Origin: Acidimicrobiia bacterium
GTDB taxonomy: Bacteria > Actinomycetota > Acidimicrobiia > Spongiisociales > UBA11373
Length of the DNA: 64,000 bases
Direction: 5' to 3'
Assembly (NCBI GenBank): GCA_040882645.1
Contig: JBBEAX010000085.1
Span: 148,801-212,800, forward strand
Positions 48,601 through 58,114 of this stretch are shown in pieces; within the stretch, counting starts at the first letter, position 1, and the number at the start of each line of letters is the position of its first letter. A program made the translations under genes and the position numbers. The notes below the pieces were generated by a model, which was not told where the DNA came from, ran no database searches, and saw only the letters and a list, made by a program, of their open reading frames with translations.

Positions 48601-49082
48601 TACGCGTGCCATGAGGGATGCGGCGGGGACCCGAGGCCAACCAGTAGCCAGCCGTGCTCGCGGGGGGCACCAGGGGCGCCCACCAGGCTCATCCCTGCCT
48701 CGTCGGGGGTCCGATCACCCTTACGGGTGTTGCACCGGCGGCAGGCGGCGACGACGTTCTCCCAGGTATGGGTGCCGCCCCGGGACCGGGGCATCACATG
48801 GTCGAGGTTCTCGGCGCCGTGACCGCAGTACTGGCAGGTGTGGAGATCGCGGGCAAACACCGCCCGGCGATTCAACGGGACCCTCCGACGGTACGGCACC
48901 CGCACGTACCTACGCAGCCGTATGACGGTGGGCACCTCCACCTCGAGGTGCTCCGACCGCCACACCTGGTTCTGCGAGTGGATCAGTTCGGCCTTCTCTC
49001 GCACCACCAGGACGACGGCGCGCCGCGCCGACACCACCGAAAGTGGCTCGAATGACGCGTTCAGGACGAGCGCTTGAGCCAT
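48582..49082 (-). CDS. HNH endonuclease
   Basis: CQYCGH...LDHVMPRSRGGTHTWENVVAACRRCNTRKG HNH motif. The stop codon lies inside the hairpin. Confidence 0.8.
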   Translation of the reverse strand: MAQALVLNASFEPLSVVSARRAVVLVVREKAELIHSQNQVWRSEHLEVEVPTVIRLRRYVRVPYRRRVPLNRRAVFARDLHTCQYCGHGAENLDHVMPRSRGGTHTWENVVAACRRCNTRKGDRTPDEAGMSLVGAPGAPREHGWLLVGLGSPPHPSWHAYLGAAV

Positions 49083-49136
49083 GCGACGCGCGACGATAGG
49101 CGAGCCGTGGACGGCATGCAGCGGGCAGCGACCCGG

Positions 49137-49451
49137 CTAGTCCTCTTCGACCGAATGCTTCCTCAGCACGTCGCGTTCGCCGGCCATGCGGCGGCGCCGA
49201 CGGCGCCACGATCGCCACAGCCAGCCGAGCACTTTGCCGCCTACCAACCCTGCCGCGAAGGTGGCGCTCAGCACCAGCCACTGGGGCGCGCTCCACTCAT
49301 AGTTCGCCCAAGCCAGGGTGGCGGTCTCGGTATTCGAAACGATGAGGATCACGATCGGGGTCAGGATCACGACCAGGAGGATCAGGGGCCCGATCCATCG
49401 TCTGGGCTCTTCGACTGTCTGCTGCTGGGTGTCGGGTCGATCGTTGGTCAT
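49137..49451 (-). CDS. LapA/DUF1049-like small membrane protein
   Basis: 104 aa, two TM helices, Arg-rich tail. Confidence 0.45.
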   Translation of the reverse strand: MTNDRPDTQQQTVEEPRRWIGPLILLVVILTPIVILIVSNTETATLAWANYEWSAPQWLVLSATFAAGLVGGKVLGWLWRSWRRRRRRMAGERDVLRKHSVEED

Positions 49452-49487
49452 CCGCCGATGATACGGATGTTGAAACCGGCTTGGGGC

Positions 49488-50237
49488 TCAGCTGCGGAGC
49501 GCGACGTAGGCGGCGCGGGCCACCGCGTATGCCTTGGCAGCTTTGACGATGGCAGCGCCGGCGACACGCGACCCGTTCGACTTCTCGACGACCACGGTCA
49601 CCACCTCGGATCCATCCACGGTCGCCGCCGACACCCACAGCATTCGCTGCGGCTTGCCTTCGGCGAGTGCCCCCACCGCGGCCACGATCGCCGAGGCTAC
49701 GGCCTCGTCGGTGACCGCCGCGGCGCGGCGACTGAACCGTTGACCATCCGCGGCAACCGCAGTCACCGTCACTCCGTCAGCGGCCTCCTCGTAGGCGAGG
49801 GCGGCCAGAGTGCGTCCGCTCCCCGAATCGTCCTGGGGCCGACCTGGAGAAGGACCAACCGCCGCGGGTGCGGATTCGACGGCCGGAGTCGAGGGCGGTT
49901 CACTCCTGATGTCCTCGGCGCGAGGCGGATCGGCTACCGGCGGTGACGGGGCGAGCGTCTCTGGTGTGGGCGGTGGCGCTTCCGGACGAGGCGGGACCGC
50001 CCCGGGGGCGAACGGCAGGCTCACCACCGGAGCAAGGTCGTCGTGGTCTCCCGCCACCCGCGAACGCATGCCATGTGACGCCAGCACCCGCTGCACCATC
50101 GCGCCGATCGCCTGCGGGTCGGCGTCCGGCCGCAGCCGAACCCGGACACCGGAAGGCGACCCGTCTTCGGCGTCCACCTCGGCATCGGCGATGCCGGGCA
50201 GGGCCATCAATTCATCACGAAGGCTGTCGGAGGCCAC
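49488..50237 (-). CDS. Hypothetical two-domain protein with a Pro-rich linker
   Basis: 249 aa, good GC3. Internally similar N- and C-domains (…GVRVRLRPDADPQAIGAMV… / …TVTAVAADGQRFSRRAAAVTDEAVASAIV…) separated by a PPRPEAPPPTPETLAPSPP linker. Confidence 0.4.
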   Translation of the reverse strand: MASDSLRDELMALPGIADAEVDAEDGSPSGVRVRLRPDADPQAIGAMVQRVLASHGMRSRVAGDHDDLAPVVSLPFAPGAVPPRPEAPPPTPETLAPSPPVADPPRAEDIRSEPPSTPAVESAPAAVGPSPGRPQDDSGSGRTLAALAYEEAADGVTVTAVAADGQRFSRRAAAVTDEAVASAIVAAVGALAEGKPQRMLWVSAATVDGSEVVTVVVEKSNGSRVAGAAIVKAAKAYAVARAAYVALRS

Positions 50238-50436
50238 CGGCCACTCCCTCTGCTGTTCCCCGTCGATCTCTGCTAGTCACAGAGAGTAGTCATATCTACC
50301 ACACTCTGTCACTGACTTTCTCGACCAAGGGGAGACCCACGGGAACCGCCCCGTCCCCGCCGGGAAGGGGCGCCCGTTCGTAATCCGCATTCCCCGACCA
50401 CTGATAGGCTCTCCCGCCACGAGACGAGGAGGCTCA

Positions 50437-51414
50437 GTGACGTCCCAACTGGCCCAGGACGAACTCGCCTGGTTCGCCGATCGGTTCGACGCGGTCGCTG
50501 CGAACATCGAACGCGTCATCCAGGGCAAGCGCGAGGCGGTCGACCTGGTGGTGATGAGCATGCTGTCGGAGGGCCATGTGCTCATCGAGGACGTCCCCGG
50601 CGTCGGCAAGACGCTGCTCGCCAAGTCGCTCGCCCGAAGCATCCACTGCGGTTTCACCCGCATCCAGTTCACCCCCGACCTGCTGCCCTCCGACATCACC
50701 GGGGTCTCCGTCTGGGACCGGGAGCGCAGCGGCTTCGTATTCCGCGCTGGACCGGTGTTCACGAACATCGTCCTTGGCGACGAGATCAACCGGGCGAGCC
50801 CGAAGACCCAGTCGGCGCTGCTCGAGGCCATGGAGGAGCACCAGGTAACCGTGGACGGCACCACCCGGGAACTGCCGGCTCCGTTCATGGTCATCGCCAC
50901 TCAGAACCCGATCGAGCACGAGGGCACCTATCCCCTGCCCGAGTCCCAGCTCGACCGGTTCATGATGCGGGTGATCATGGGCTACCCCTCCCGCGCCAAG
51001 GAACTCGAGATCCTCGAGACCCACGGGCGGCAGTCTTCCTACACAGACCTGGAACCGGTGGTCACTGCGGACGACGTGCAGCAGATGATCGGTATCGCGC
51101 GGCGGGTTCATGTCTCCGATCCGGTGAAGGAGTACCTCGTCGACACGGTGGAGGCGACCCGCCACGATCCCGACCTCCTGCTTGGCGCCTCGCCGCGAGC
51201 CACGCTGTACCTGCAGCGGGCCGCGCGGACCCGGGCGGCGGTTGCCGGTCGAGGATATGTGACCCCGGACGACGTGAAGGCGATTCTGCGCCCGGTGCTG
51301 ACCCACCGTTTGATCCTGCGGGCCGAAGCGCAGATGCGAGGCTCCGAAATCGACGAGATCCTCGACGGCGTCGCCGCCGGGATTCCCGTACCGGGGAGCG
51401 GGGTCAGGGCCTGA
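50437..51414 (+). CDS. MoxR-family AAA+ ATPase
   Basis: Walker A GVGKT, MoxR-specific LxEE and sensor motifs. Confidence 0.9.
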   Translation: MTSQLAQDELAWFADRFDAVAANIERVIQGKREAVDLVVMSMLSEGHVLIEDVPGVGKTLLAKSLARSIHCGFTRIQFTPDLLPSDITGVSVWDRERSGFVFRAGPVFTNIVLGDEINRASPKTQSALLEAMEEHQVTVDGTTRELPAPFMVIATQNPIEHEGTYPLPESQLDRFMMRVIMGYPSRAKELEILETHGRQSSYTDLEPVVTADDVQQMIGIARRVHVSDPVKEYLVDTVEATRHDPDLLLGASPRATLYLQRAARTRAAVAGRGYVTPDDVKAILRPVLTHRLILRAEAQMRGSEIDEILDGVAAGIPVPGSGVRA

Positions 51415-52583
51415 TGCCCACGGGCCGGGGCTGGTCCGCCATCGGCGTATCCGCCAGCCTCTTCGTCTTGTGGGCGGCGTTCGGCGAGAACGACCTGATG
51501 ACCACGGCGGTGTTCTTGATCGCCGCGGTCTTGGTCGGCCTGCTCTTCGTGCACATGGTCCCCCCGGAAGTAGCGGTGTGGAGGCGGATCACCCCGGCCC
51601 AGGTCCACGAGGGCGACACGGTGATCATCGACATGGATGTGATCGCGGCACGCCGGCTCCGCAACGTCTCTCTAGAGGACACCGTCCACGGGTTGGGTAC
51701 CGCACGATTCGCCGCCGGATCGGCGCGTCCCCGAGAGCCGCTGACCGGACGGTACGAAGTCCGCTGCCGCGGCCGGGGCATCTTCCCGGTAGGGCCGCTG
51801 GTGCTTTCGGTCTCGGACCCGTTCTCGTTGGCAGAGCGTCGCTCGAGCATCGGCGAGGTCGACCGCCTCACGGTCTATCCGCGGATCGAACCGCTCGTCG
51901 GATTGCCCGTGGTGAGGGGGCTCGACCCCACGGTCAATTCGACCCGGCCGACGTCGGCCCCCTTCGGCGGAGAGGACTTCTTCACCCTCCGCGAGTACCA
52001 GGTTGGCGACGACCTTCGTAAAGTCCATTGGCCCACTTCAGCGAAGCGCGACGAGTTGATGATCAAGCAGCTCGAGGTGCCGTGGCAGAACCGGGCTTTA
52101 GTGCTGCTCGATACTCGCTCGCACCGCTACCCGACCCCGGAGGCCTTCGAACAGGCGGTGCGAGGTGCGGCATCCGCGTTTGCTCACCTCCACCGGGCCG
52201 GATTCAGCCCCGAACTGTGGTCGGGCGCCAACACGCGCAGCCGGTCGTTGAATCGCTACGCCGAGGCGATGGAGACTCTTGCGACCATCCACGCTGGTGA
52301 CCGGCTCGACCTTCGCAACACAGTGAGTCGGCTGCTGAGCCACGGCGGCGGAGGCGGTGCCCTGGTGCTGGTGACCGGCACGCCAGACGAGGGCTTGCGC
52401 GGGGCCTACCGGTTGCTCGCCGGCCAATTCAGCCAGACGATTGTGATGGCGGTCACCGACGATCCTGATGCTGCCTCATCGCGGCTCCTCGGCATGAACG
52501 CGGTGATCGTCACCATCGGGACCCAGGGCCGCTGGGCACCCTCGTGGCGGGCGGCGATGGAGGTGACATGGGCTACCGCCTGA
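51414..52583 (+). CDS. DUF58 (vWA-like) protein
   Basis: FFTLREYQVGDDLRKVHWPTSAK signature of DUF58. Confidence 0.8.
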   Translation: MPTGRGWSAIGVSASLFVLWAAFGENDLMTTAVFLIAAVLVGLLFVHMVPPEVAVWRRITPAQVHEGDTVIIDMDVIAARRLRNVSLEDTVHGLGTARFAAGSARPREPLTGRYEVRCRGRGIFPVGPLVLSVSDPFSLAERRSSIGEVDRLTVYPRIEPLVGLPVVRGLDPTVNSTRPTSAPFGGEDFFTLREYQVGDDLRKVHWPTSAKRDELMIKQLEVPWQNRALVLLDTRSHRYPTPEAFEQAVRGAASAFAHLHRAGFSPELWSGANTRSRSLNRYAEAMETLATIHAGDRLDLRNTVSRLLSHGGGGGALVLVTGTPDEGLRGAYRLLAGQFSQTIVMAVTDDPDAASSRLLGMNAVIVTIGTQGRWAPSWRAAMEVTWATA

Positions 52584-54943
52584 CATGGGTGGCAGGGGTC
52601 GCCGGCATCTCTCTCGCGCTGGCGCGGGTGGCGCGCCTGCTTCTTCCCTCATCGAGCGGGCTCCCCTGGGAGATCCTGCTCATCGCCGCCGCGGTACTGG
52701 GGGCAACCATCTCCTGGGCGGCGGCGGCATACCGGGTGCCGGGGGCGTTGCTCGCCATCCTCCACCTCGCCGCGACAACCGTAACGGTCGTCCGGGTGGC
52801 GGTTCCGGACACGACCTGGTTCATCTTCCCGACCCGCGCCTCCTTCACCGCGCTGGGCGCCGAGCTCACGTTTGCCCGCGATGTGATTCGGGCGGGCATC
52901 GCTCCGGTCCTTCCGCTCGCCGGGCTCGTCGCCATCCTTGCCATCGTGTTCTGGGCGATGGGCGCCCTCCTCGCGTGGGGCCTGCTCACCGGCCGCCCCT
53001 ACGTCGCGGTCCTGACCCCTCTCGTCGTGTATCTCGAGTTCGCCGTTCTCGACAGCCGCATCGGCGGCTTGTGGACCACGGGATACATGGCGTTGATCGG
53101 CTTCACCCTCATCGCGGTGACAATCGACCATCGGCGCGAAGGCACCGGCCTGTTGAAATCGGCCAGGCGGGGAGGACGCCTGCGACGAACGATCCCGGTC
53201 GTCGGGCTGACGACGCTGCTCGCCACGGTGCTGGTAGCGAGCAATGCCAGCCAGGCGATAGCCGACCTCGTGCCCCGGAGAGGATTCCTCGACTGGCAGG
53301 GCACCAGCAAGCTGTCCGGCGATTTCTTCGGCAGCATCGCATACAACCCGTTTGTCGGCATCCAGCAGAGCCTCGTCACCCAGACGAATGTGCCGGTGTT
53401 CGTGTTCGAGCCTGAGCCGGGGCACCCGGCCGACCAGGTGTACTGGCGGCTGCTGACACTCGACGCCTTCGACGGAGCTCAATGGCACGCGGGCAACTCC
53501 CGCCTCGAGGGATTCGACGAGGTGGCGACCTTCGAGGATCAGGGCGCCGCCTTTGCCGGACCCCGGTCGAGTTTCCGGGCCACGGTGACGATCCTCGCCC
53601 TGCAGATGGATTGGCTACCGGCGCCATACGCCCCGGTGTCTCTCGACATCGACGAGGGCTCGGTACGCAGCGGAATCCGCTTGCGTCCGGGTGACGGTTC
53701 GATCCACTTCGACGCTCTGACCTTCCGGGGGATGGCTTACACCATTGAATCGGAGATCCCGCAGCCGAGTATCGACATCCTCAGCCGGCGTGACGATGGC
53801 ACCCCTTCGACGATCTTCCGTTCGGCGATCGAGACCGGAGACTTCGGTCTCGTCGGCGTCGACCTGCCGACCATCGTGAACCGCTCACTGCCCGACGCCG
53901 AGGCGCATCTCGAACTCCCCGACGAACTCGACCCGCGCATCCAACTGCTCGCCGAGTCGCAGATCGAAGGGCTCGAGACCGACTACGAACGAGCACTGTC
54001 GCTCGAGAACTTCTTTCGGAGGCCGGGGAAATTCGTCTACACCCTCGAGGTCCCGCCCGGTCACGGTGCCGACACCCTCGCCAATTGGCTGCTCGAGCCG
54101 GACAGCGCCAACTACCGCGCCGGCTACTGCGAGCAGTTCGCCACGAGCATGGCCGTCATGGCGCGCACCATCGGGATCCCCAGCCGCGTCGTCCTCGGTT
54201 TCACCCCGGGGAACACACTCGAGGACGGGCGCCTCGTGATCCGCGATCGCAACGCCCATGCCTGGGTAGAGCTGTGGATGCCGAGCCAGGGCTGGGTGAA
54301 GTTCGATCCGACGCCTCGCACCGACGGGATCAACCCTTCCGCCGCCGAGGATCTTCCGTTCCGGGCGGCCGACCATCTCGACGCCGCCCAGGCCGAAACC
54401 CGTCCGCGCCCGGAACCCGGGGGGACCCCTGTCACGACGGTTCCCACCACCGTCCCGTTCTCCCCCGACGGGGGCCTGAGCGGAGAGGTGCCGAGTGACC
54501 TGCCGGCACGAACCCGCTCGCTGCTCATCCCGTTCCTGGTTCTTGGCTTCGCCCTACTGCTGGTGCCGTCGATCAAGTTCGTGCGCCGCCGCCGCCGGAT
54601 CAGGCGGCTCGAACGCGGTGACGTCTCGGGTGCCTGGCAGGAGATCGTCGACCAGCTGGCCGATCTCGGCACCGAATTGCACCGCTCGGAAACACCCGCC
54701 GAGCTGGCGGCCCAGGTCGGCCCGGTGCTCGCCCCGCTTGCCGACGTGTATTCGGAGTCGGCTTACGGTCCCGGCGCGCCGCTGACCAGCCGCCGGATCG
54801 CCACCGCCTCCCGCTCCCTGACGGAGACAGAGGCCGAACTTGCCCGAGAGAACTCGATCTTCAAACGAATCGGCGCGAGGTATCGGGTGAAGTCGCTGCT
54901 GCGGAGGCACACCACACAATCCGGGCTGGGCACCAAGCGATAA
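52544..54943 (+). CDS. Transglutaminase-like membrane protein (TgpA-type: DUF3488 + transglutaminase core)
   Basis: N-terminal polytopic membrane domain. Catalytic core CEQFATSMAVMAR...HAWVELW...FDPT (Cys-His-Asp). A C-terminal TM helix. Confidence 0.8.
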   Translation: MAGGDGGDMGYRLTWVAGVAGISLALARVARLLLPSSSGLPWEILLIAAAVLGATISWAAAAYRVPGALLAILHLAATTVTVVRVAVPDTTWFIFPTRASFTALGAELTFARDVIRAGIAPVLPLAGLVAILAIVFWAMGALLAWGLLTGRPYVAVLTPLVVYLEFAVLDSRIGGLWTTGYMALIGFTLIAVTIDHRREGTGLLKSARRGGRLRRTIPVVGLTTLLATVLVASNASQAIADLVPRRGFLDWQGTSKLSGDFFGSIAYNPFVGIQQSLVTQTNVPVFVFEPEPGHPADQVYWRLLTLDAFDGAQWHAGNSRLEGFDEVATFEDQGAAFAGPRSSFRATVTILALQMDWLPAPYAPVSLDIDEGSVRSGIRLRPGDGSIHFDALTFRGMAYTIESEIPQPSIDILSRRDDGTPSTIFRSAIETGDFGLVGVDLPTIVNRSLPDAEAHLELPDELDPRIQLLAESQIEGLETDYERALSLENFFRRPGKFVYTLEVPPGHGADTLANWLLEPDSANYRAGYCEQFATSMAVMARTIGIPSRVVLGFTPGNTLEDGRLVIRDRNAHAWVELWMPSQGWVKFDPTPRTDGINPSAAEDLPFRAADHLDAAQAETRPRPEPGGTPVTTVPTTVPFSPDGGLSGEVPSDLPARTRSLLIPFLVLGFALLLVPSIKFVRRRRRIRRLERGDVSGAWQEIVDQLADLGTELHRSETPAELAAQVGPVLAPLADVYSESAYGPGAPLTSRRIATASRSLTETEAELARENSIFKRIGARYRVKSLLRRHTTQSGLGTKR

Positions 54944-55035
54944 GCAATACGCGATACGCGATACGACGGAACCCGACTGAGCATCACCGGACAATCACCG
55001 ACTCTGTCGTATTGCGAATCGCGTATTGCGAATCG

Positions 55036-55104
55036 CGGACGAACGCAACGGGGCTGGCCGACCGAAGGTCGGCCCAAGGCGGCTAAAGACGGCCGAAGGC
55101 CGTC
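55036..55104. repeat. Pair of GC-rich GAA-loop mini-hairpins (ggccgacc-gaa-ggtcggcc; gacggcc-gaa-ggccgtc) between convergent genes
   Basis: Read directly. An imperfect ATACGCGATACG palindrome precedes them at 54949-55030. Confidence 0.5.
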
Positions 55105-55114
55105 AGCCGCCCGC

Positions 55115-55606
55115 CTACCCCTCCGCGGCCTCCGCCTGGACGTCGTCCTCGACGCGGCGCAGCATCTCGAGGAAGCGGTCCCGGTCGAGCTCGAAGCGGG
55201 TCACGTCCTCTTCGACCTGTCGAGTGATCTCGTCGATGGCGACGAAGAACGCCAACTGGCCCTCTCGCAACGCGTCGACCAACTCCCCCTCGTCGCTGGC
55301 CACCTTGAAGATCGACTGACCGTCGGTGACGAGCTTCACCTCGGCGAGGTGCTGATCCATGTCGGCGGTGCGACGCAGGTAGTCCCACGCCCGACGCACC
55401 CGCTGGACCGACATGCCGTTGTCGAGCAGGCTCTTGACAACGCGCAAGGCGACGAGATCGCGGAACGAGTAGAGGCGGCGCTTGCCGGGTCTGCCCCCGG
55501 TGCCCTGGATCGAGGGCTGTATCAGCCTGACACGGTCCCAGTATCGGAGTTGATGCGCGGTGCAATCAGTGAGACGGCATGCCTGCTGTGCGGTGAACCC
55601 TTCCAA
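55115..55606 (-). CDS. MerR-family transcriptional regulator
   Basis: N-terminal HTH (FTAQQACRLTDCTAHQLRYWDRVRLIQP) plus a coiled-coil effector region. Confidence 0.8.
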   Translation of the reverse strand: MEGFTAQQACRLTDCTAHQLRYWDRVRLIQPSIQGTGGRPGKRRLYSFRDLVALRVVKSLLDNGMSVQRVRRAWDYLRRTADMDQHLAEVKLVTDGQSIFKVASDEGELVDALREGQLAFFVAIDEITRQVEEDVTRFELDRDRFLEMLRRVEDDVQAEAAEG

Positions 55607-55682
55607 ACCTTCCTCTCTCCCTCCAAGGTCGTCCGCCGAACGCGGAGGCCGGACGACTCAGTCTCCCCAGAGGTTGGCGACT

Positions 55683-56015
55683 CTAGCGGCTGCGCCAGCG
55701 CCGCCGCATCCGCCCCACCATCGACCCGGGTGACGCGGCACCAACTCCCGACCGCTTCCTCAAAATCGCGACCATCCATGCCGCGCTCATCACCATGCCG
55801 GCGAAACCAAACAGTGCGACGAGGGTCAGCCGCGTGAAGAACGCGAGCATCAGCACGAACCCGACCACCATCCCCAGGAACGCCCACTTCAGTCGACCGC
55901 GCGACACCGACGCCAGCGTCGCGTCGCGCACGGTCTCGGCGAGACGGGGATCCTCTTGATAGAACTGCCGCTCGATCTCCTCGAGGATGCGCTGTTCTCT
56001 GTCATCGAGGGGCAT
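55683..56015 (-). CDS. DUF3040-family membrane protein
   Basis: MPLDDREQRILEEIERQF N-terminus plus two TM helices. Start at the internal Met (56015), not the ORF track's 56180. Confidence 0.6.
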   Translation of the reverse strand: MPLDDREQRILEEIERQFYQEDPRLAETVRDATLASVSRGRLKWAFLGMVVGFVLMLAFFTRLTLVALFGFAGMVMSAAWMVAILRKRSGVGAASPGSMVGRMRRRWRSR

Positions 56016-56217
56016 CGCGTTCTCCGGCAGGGTGGCGGGCTGAGTATACCGAGCGTGTCTTATTTGGCACCGAGTGACCGCGGCGGATCCCCCTCGGTAT
56101 CGAGCAGACGAGCCCGCGCCACCGCGGACGATCCGAAGCGGCCGCGAACCTCCTCGACCACGCCCTCCAACTCGTCCCAAGATCGCGGCGCGGGATCGCC
56201 ACCTACACTCCCCCGCC

Positions 56218-56850
56218 GTGCTCGAACGCCTTCATCTGGTCCGCCACGGCGAGGTCGCGAACCCCGACGGAGTGGTGTACGCCGACCTGCCCGGGTTCTC
56301 GCTGTCCGCGGCCGGACGCGCCCAGGCTGCGGCCAGCGCCCGCTACCTCCAGGCCCGTAGCCCCGAGGCAGTGGTTTCCTCGCCGCTCGACCGGGCAATG
56401 GAAACGGCCCGGGCAATCGCCGACGCGATCGGCGTGGCGGTGACGACCGACGACCGTCTGCTCGAGTGGCGATTGTCCGGGCGGTGGGCCGGGGTTCGCT
56501 GGGACGACCTCCCCTCCAGGTTCCCCGGAGAGCTCGAGGCATACCTGGCCACCCCCTACGACCTCGCCTTCGCACCAGAGAGCGTCGACGAGGTCGCCGC
56601 ACGCATGGTCTCCCTGGTGGTGTCCCTCGATTCCGCCGATCTCAAGGACGCGGTACTGGTCTCTCACCAGGACCCCGTCCAGGCGCTCCGGGTGCATCTC
56701 GTCGGCGGCGCCCGGGAGTCCTTCACCACCGGCAAGCCAGGCCACGCTTCGGTGACGACCCTCGAGCGGATCCGAGGACTATGGCACGAGATCGGTTACT
56801 GGGAACCGGAGATCGAGACGATTCCCTTCCCTCCACCGGGGCCCCCTTGA
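56218..56850 (+). CDS. Histidine phosphatase (phosphoglycerate-mutase-like) family protein
   Basis: LHLVRHGEV catalytic RHG motif close to the N-terminus. Start assigned to the GTG at 56218. The longer 56074 start only adds a Pro/Arg-rich extension. Confidence 0.7.
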   Translation: MLERLHLVRHGEVANPDGVVYADLPGFSLSAAGRAQAAASARYLQARSPEAVVSSPLDRAMETARAIADAIGVAVTTDDRLLEWRLSGRWAGVRWDDLPSRFPGELEAYLATPYDLAFAPESVDEVAARMVSLVVSLDSADLKDAVLVSHQDPVQALRVHLVGGARESFTTGKPGHASVTTLERIRGLWHEIGYWEPEIETIPFPPPGPP

Positions 56851-56855
56851 TTCCC

Positions 56856-57000
56856 GGGCCGACCACGGCGGGGCTGGGACCCGCTCGTGGAGGAGGGCCG
56901 ACCGGCTTCGGTGTGGCCCAAGTCTGTCCGGGAATCAAGAGGGCACGGACGGCCACGGCGGGGCTGGGGACCCCGCTAGTGGAGGAGGGCCGACCGACGT
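56856..57000. repeat. ~50-bp direct repeat x2 (ggccgaccacggcggggctgggacccgctcgtggaggagggccgaccg), each followed by GC-rich mini-hairpins
   Basis: Copies at 56856-56905 and 56947-57000, roughly 85% identical. Confidence 0.6.
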
Positions 57001-57070
57001 CTGTTCGGCCCGAAGGGCCGAAGTCGGCCCGGCCTGACCTGGAGTCACGGTCCGGCGGCATAATGCGCCA

Positions 57071-57832
57071 GTGCTCCCCGCCCCTCTGATCGTCGCGGCT
57101 GCACTCGGCATTGCTTCCCTCGCCGGGGCGATCCACCTCGCCGTCGACGAAACGCCGTTCGCGCCGGGGGCCGCGGGTTTGATCGCCGTCGGGATGATGA
57201 TCCTCGCCCTAACCGCCGTCGCCGGAGTGCTTCTTGCCCGCAGCAGGTGGTCGAGGCTCGCGGCTGCCGGCGTCGCCGCGGGATGGATCGCCATTGCTGG
57301 GTCGAGTTCGGTGTCGCGGTGGTCCGTTGCGACGATCGCTTCGGCCGGCCTCGCCCTCGCCGGGTCTCTAGGTCCGTGGCTGGCCAGGTGGCTGCGGCAT
57401 CGGGCCTCGGCCGACGGACCACCGCCGGCTGCCGTCGTCGCCCTGCTGCTGCTGCTCGCCACCCCCGCTGCGGTCGGCCTGGTCTCGGCAGGCGGGGTCG
57501 CACTGCCCGGCTGGGTTCTCGCTGGCTGGTCGGTGGTGCTCGCCCTTTCACTCGCTCGGGCGATGGCGGGATCTCTCACCGCTGCCAGGGTGGTTCACCC
57601 GGTCCTGTCGGTGGCCGCCGGTGTCACCGCCGGAGTCGCCGGGGGGGTGGTCCTGGGGCTGCTCGGCCTGGCGGTTGCGGGTCTCGCCTGGCGGCGGGAG
57701 GTGGCGATATCAGTGGCCCCGCGCCTGACCGGCGGCGCACAAAGTGCTCTACGGATTCCACCCGAACTCGCCCCGCCCGACGTCCTCGACGCAGCCGGAG
57801 CGGATTCGACCGGCCGGGTGAGGCGGCCATGA
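57071..57832 (+). CDS. Hypothetical polytopic membrane protein (Ala/Gly/Leu-rich)
   Basis: 253 aa, 7 or more hydrophobic helices. Confidence 0.45.
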   Translation: MLPAPLIVAAALGIASLAGAIHLAVDETPFAPGAAGLIAVGMMILALTAVAGVLLARSRWSRLAAAGVAAGWIAIAGSSSVSRWSVATIASAGLALAGSLGPWLARWLRHRASADGPPPAAVVALLLLLATPAAVGLVSAGGVALPGWVLAGWSVVLALSLARAMAGSLTAARVVHPVLSVAAGVTAGVAGGVVLGLLGLAVAGLAWRREVAISVAPRLTGGAQSALRIPPELAPPDVLDAAGADSTGRVRRP

Positions 57833-58110
57833 GGCGGTTGCCCAACCCGTGGGTTGGCGTGCCCGCGCTACTGGCCGGGATCGCCGGCGGCATCGTTGCC
57901 TTCATCGTCACCGAAGCTTCGTGCGCTCCCGGCAGCTGCGCCGCGGTGGCGTCGATCAGTGCCGTCGTCGTCGGCCTGGGCATCGCCGCCGGAGTCGGTG
58001 TCGTGGCGGTCCTCGCTCTGAAGTCGATCGACGAACATCGGACTCATCGCGAGCGGATGGTGCTCACGATGATCGAAGGCGACACGCGACCCGAGGAACC
58101 GCGGGAGTGA
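57829..58110 (+). CDS. Small membrane protein, translationally coupled (ATGA) to the upstream membrane protein
   Basis: 93 aa, MRRLPNPWVGVPALLAGIAGGIVAFIV. The ORF track's 287-aa form is an out-of-frame antisense extension. Confidence 0.4.
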   Translation: MRRLPNPWVGVPALLAGIAGGIVAFIVTEASCAPGSCAAVASISAVVVGLGIAAGVGVVAVLALKSIDEHRTHRERMVLTMIEGDTRPEEPRE

Positions 58111-58114
58111 CCCC

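Noticed and set aside
48383-48670. 95-aa minus-strand ORF with a PGSGSSPSQSGSGSS low-complexity run
   Set aside because: It is the translation of the 33-nt tandem repeats plus hairpin, and it overlaps the HNH gene's 3' end in another frame. Probably not coding. Retained only as repeat DNA.
56060-56602. 180-aa Arg-rich minus-strand ORF
   Set aside because: It is antisense to the histidine-phosphatase gene, with extreme Arg/Gly/Pro bias.
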